Below, in pieces: positions 62,617 through 64,000 of a stretch of 64,000 nucleotides of DNA. Positions within the stretch are counted from its first letter, which is position 1. Each line of letters begins with the position of its first letter. Location of the stretch: positions 682,001 to 746,000 of the forward strand of contig JBLDXI010000034.1 in assembly GCA_047495785.1 (NCBI GenBank), in the 5' to 3' direction. The notes below the pieces were generated by a model. The model was not told the origin of the DNA. It saw only the letters and a program-made list of their open reading frames with translations, and made no database searches. This DNA comes from Lepidodermella squamata (taxonomy: Eukaryota > Animalia > Gastrotricha). Made by a program: the position numbers and the translations under genes.

Positions 62617-64000
62617 TTTTCACCGGAAAAATCTACAAAAAAATCAACAATAGGAATTAAATGCTCTATGAAAAAATAAGAATGCGAAATGCTCGTCGTA
62701 AATAACAATCCGTGAATGTTGGCCAACCATACGTAGAAGTTTGGAGACCTCTATCATCGCTATGTTGGTTCATATTTGAGCATTTTGTGAAAACCCACCA
62801 AGAATTTATAAGGTAATCAAGGTAAAATTAAATTTTAACATTGGATGAGAAATATATATAATAAAATTAGCAAAAAATAATAATAAAAAAAAAATAATAT
62901 TAAAATTGAAATTTTTTTAATGAAAATGGGAAAATTAAGGGTTCCTCAAGGGTGCATACAATATGCTCTTGCTATCACGTGACAGAGATCAGCCATGATA
63001 TAATTTTAATTTCAGGAGATATGAATTGCTGAGGTACAAATTCAAAGAATTTCCGTTGCTAGAAACCAACATAGCATGCTTGAAGCGCTCATTCATAGAA
63101 AGAATACTCGAATTTGGCAATTATTCGGAAGTTAAATTCGGGGTAAATTTAAATAATCACGGAAAATCCCGAAATCCTCAATTGAAGGCTGAATTTCATC
63201 AGGCAACTTGAGAGATTGTTAAGAGTGCAAGTTTCATCTTCAGAAGTGTAAAAATCTTATCATCTCTGCCAGAAAGCGATATGGGGAATAAGCGCACGAA
63301 AAAACTGAAGAAGAAAACGTGACGTTATAGGCTGAACGGCAAAAAGCTCGTAACGTAGTGCCGCTGGCGTGTTGCCTCTCTTGAGTTTTTAAGTCAGTAC
63401 GCAACAGGCTTTGGCGGCGCCACGGCTACACACCTGGCAAGAACGTGTGAGAACAACTGTGTAAATAATCACGAGCAGATGATGATGACAATATAATGAC
63501 AAAAAAACACATTTCTTGTTCGCGCGCGCGTATTTTTTGCATAATATATTCAGACGAAAATTGTGTGCGTTTCGCTTTTTTCCTGGCAAATAAATGCGGC
63601 AAATGTAAAAATGTCATCTTCCGCGCATCAATGACATAATATTAGGTCAAGAATTAATGTCACACATTTTAAGCATGAATAATTGATTAAATAAATATCG
63701 AATTTCGTCATGATTGAAAACGGAAAACACAAAAAAACGGGACTGAAATTTAGATGTTCATTTTGTTCCACTTCAATTGTTACCTCGCTGAGTGCATCAT
63801 CACTTCCATTGTTCTCCGAGAGAGCCATTAAATAGTGTAGCTTGCAAGCTGTTCGCAAAGCCATTACGCTAATAATGAGATGATAACACAGTTAAAGAGT
63901 AAAGACCATCCGCAAAAATTATTAGCGTCACGCGTAAGTCTACTGATGAAGCGGATAGAAAAGTAATGGCCATTTTAGGTTATTAGCAAACAAAAATGAC

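Noticed and set aside
62700-64000. Short ORFs at the window end
   Set aside because: AT-rich, no motifs and no consistent splice structure.

Overview
Eukaryotic (invertebrate metazoan-like) genomic DNA with dense genes and mostly very short (~50-60 nt) spliceosomal introns, so the ORF track fragments most genes; I rebuilt the models by hand from splice sites and paralog comparison. Nearly every gene encodes a secreted or cell-surface protein. In order: a trypsin-like protease; a Cys-loop (pentameric) ligand-gated channel fused behind two LamG/pentraxin-like domains; a Cys-rich secreted protein with an aerolysin-like tail; a canonical nAChR alpha subunit; an annexin; an NlpC/P60-like putative amidase; a soluble AChBP-like ligand-binding-domain-only protein; EGF-mucin-SEA-TM gene A; a graveyard of Cys-loop pseudogenes (21-25 kb); a ~1,700-aa PAN/discoidin/LamG/F-lectin mosaic whose F-lectin domain is split by a ~1,000-aa insertion; a GPI-type mucin; a SCAMP; EGF-mucin-SEA-TM genes B (with a ~13.3-kb single exon of 24-bp repeats) and C; and a small disordered protein. 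Several MITE-like elements are present. The best candidate for an undescribed system is the rapidly turning-over, atypical Cys-loop set (LamG-fused channel with a PDR pore motif, soluble decoy-like LBD, pseudogenes) embedded in a mucosal/surface-defence neighbourhood. Organism and family assignments come from motif recognition only; no searches were run.
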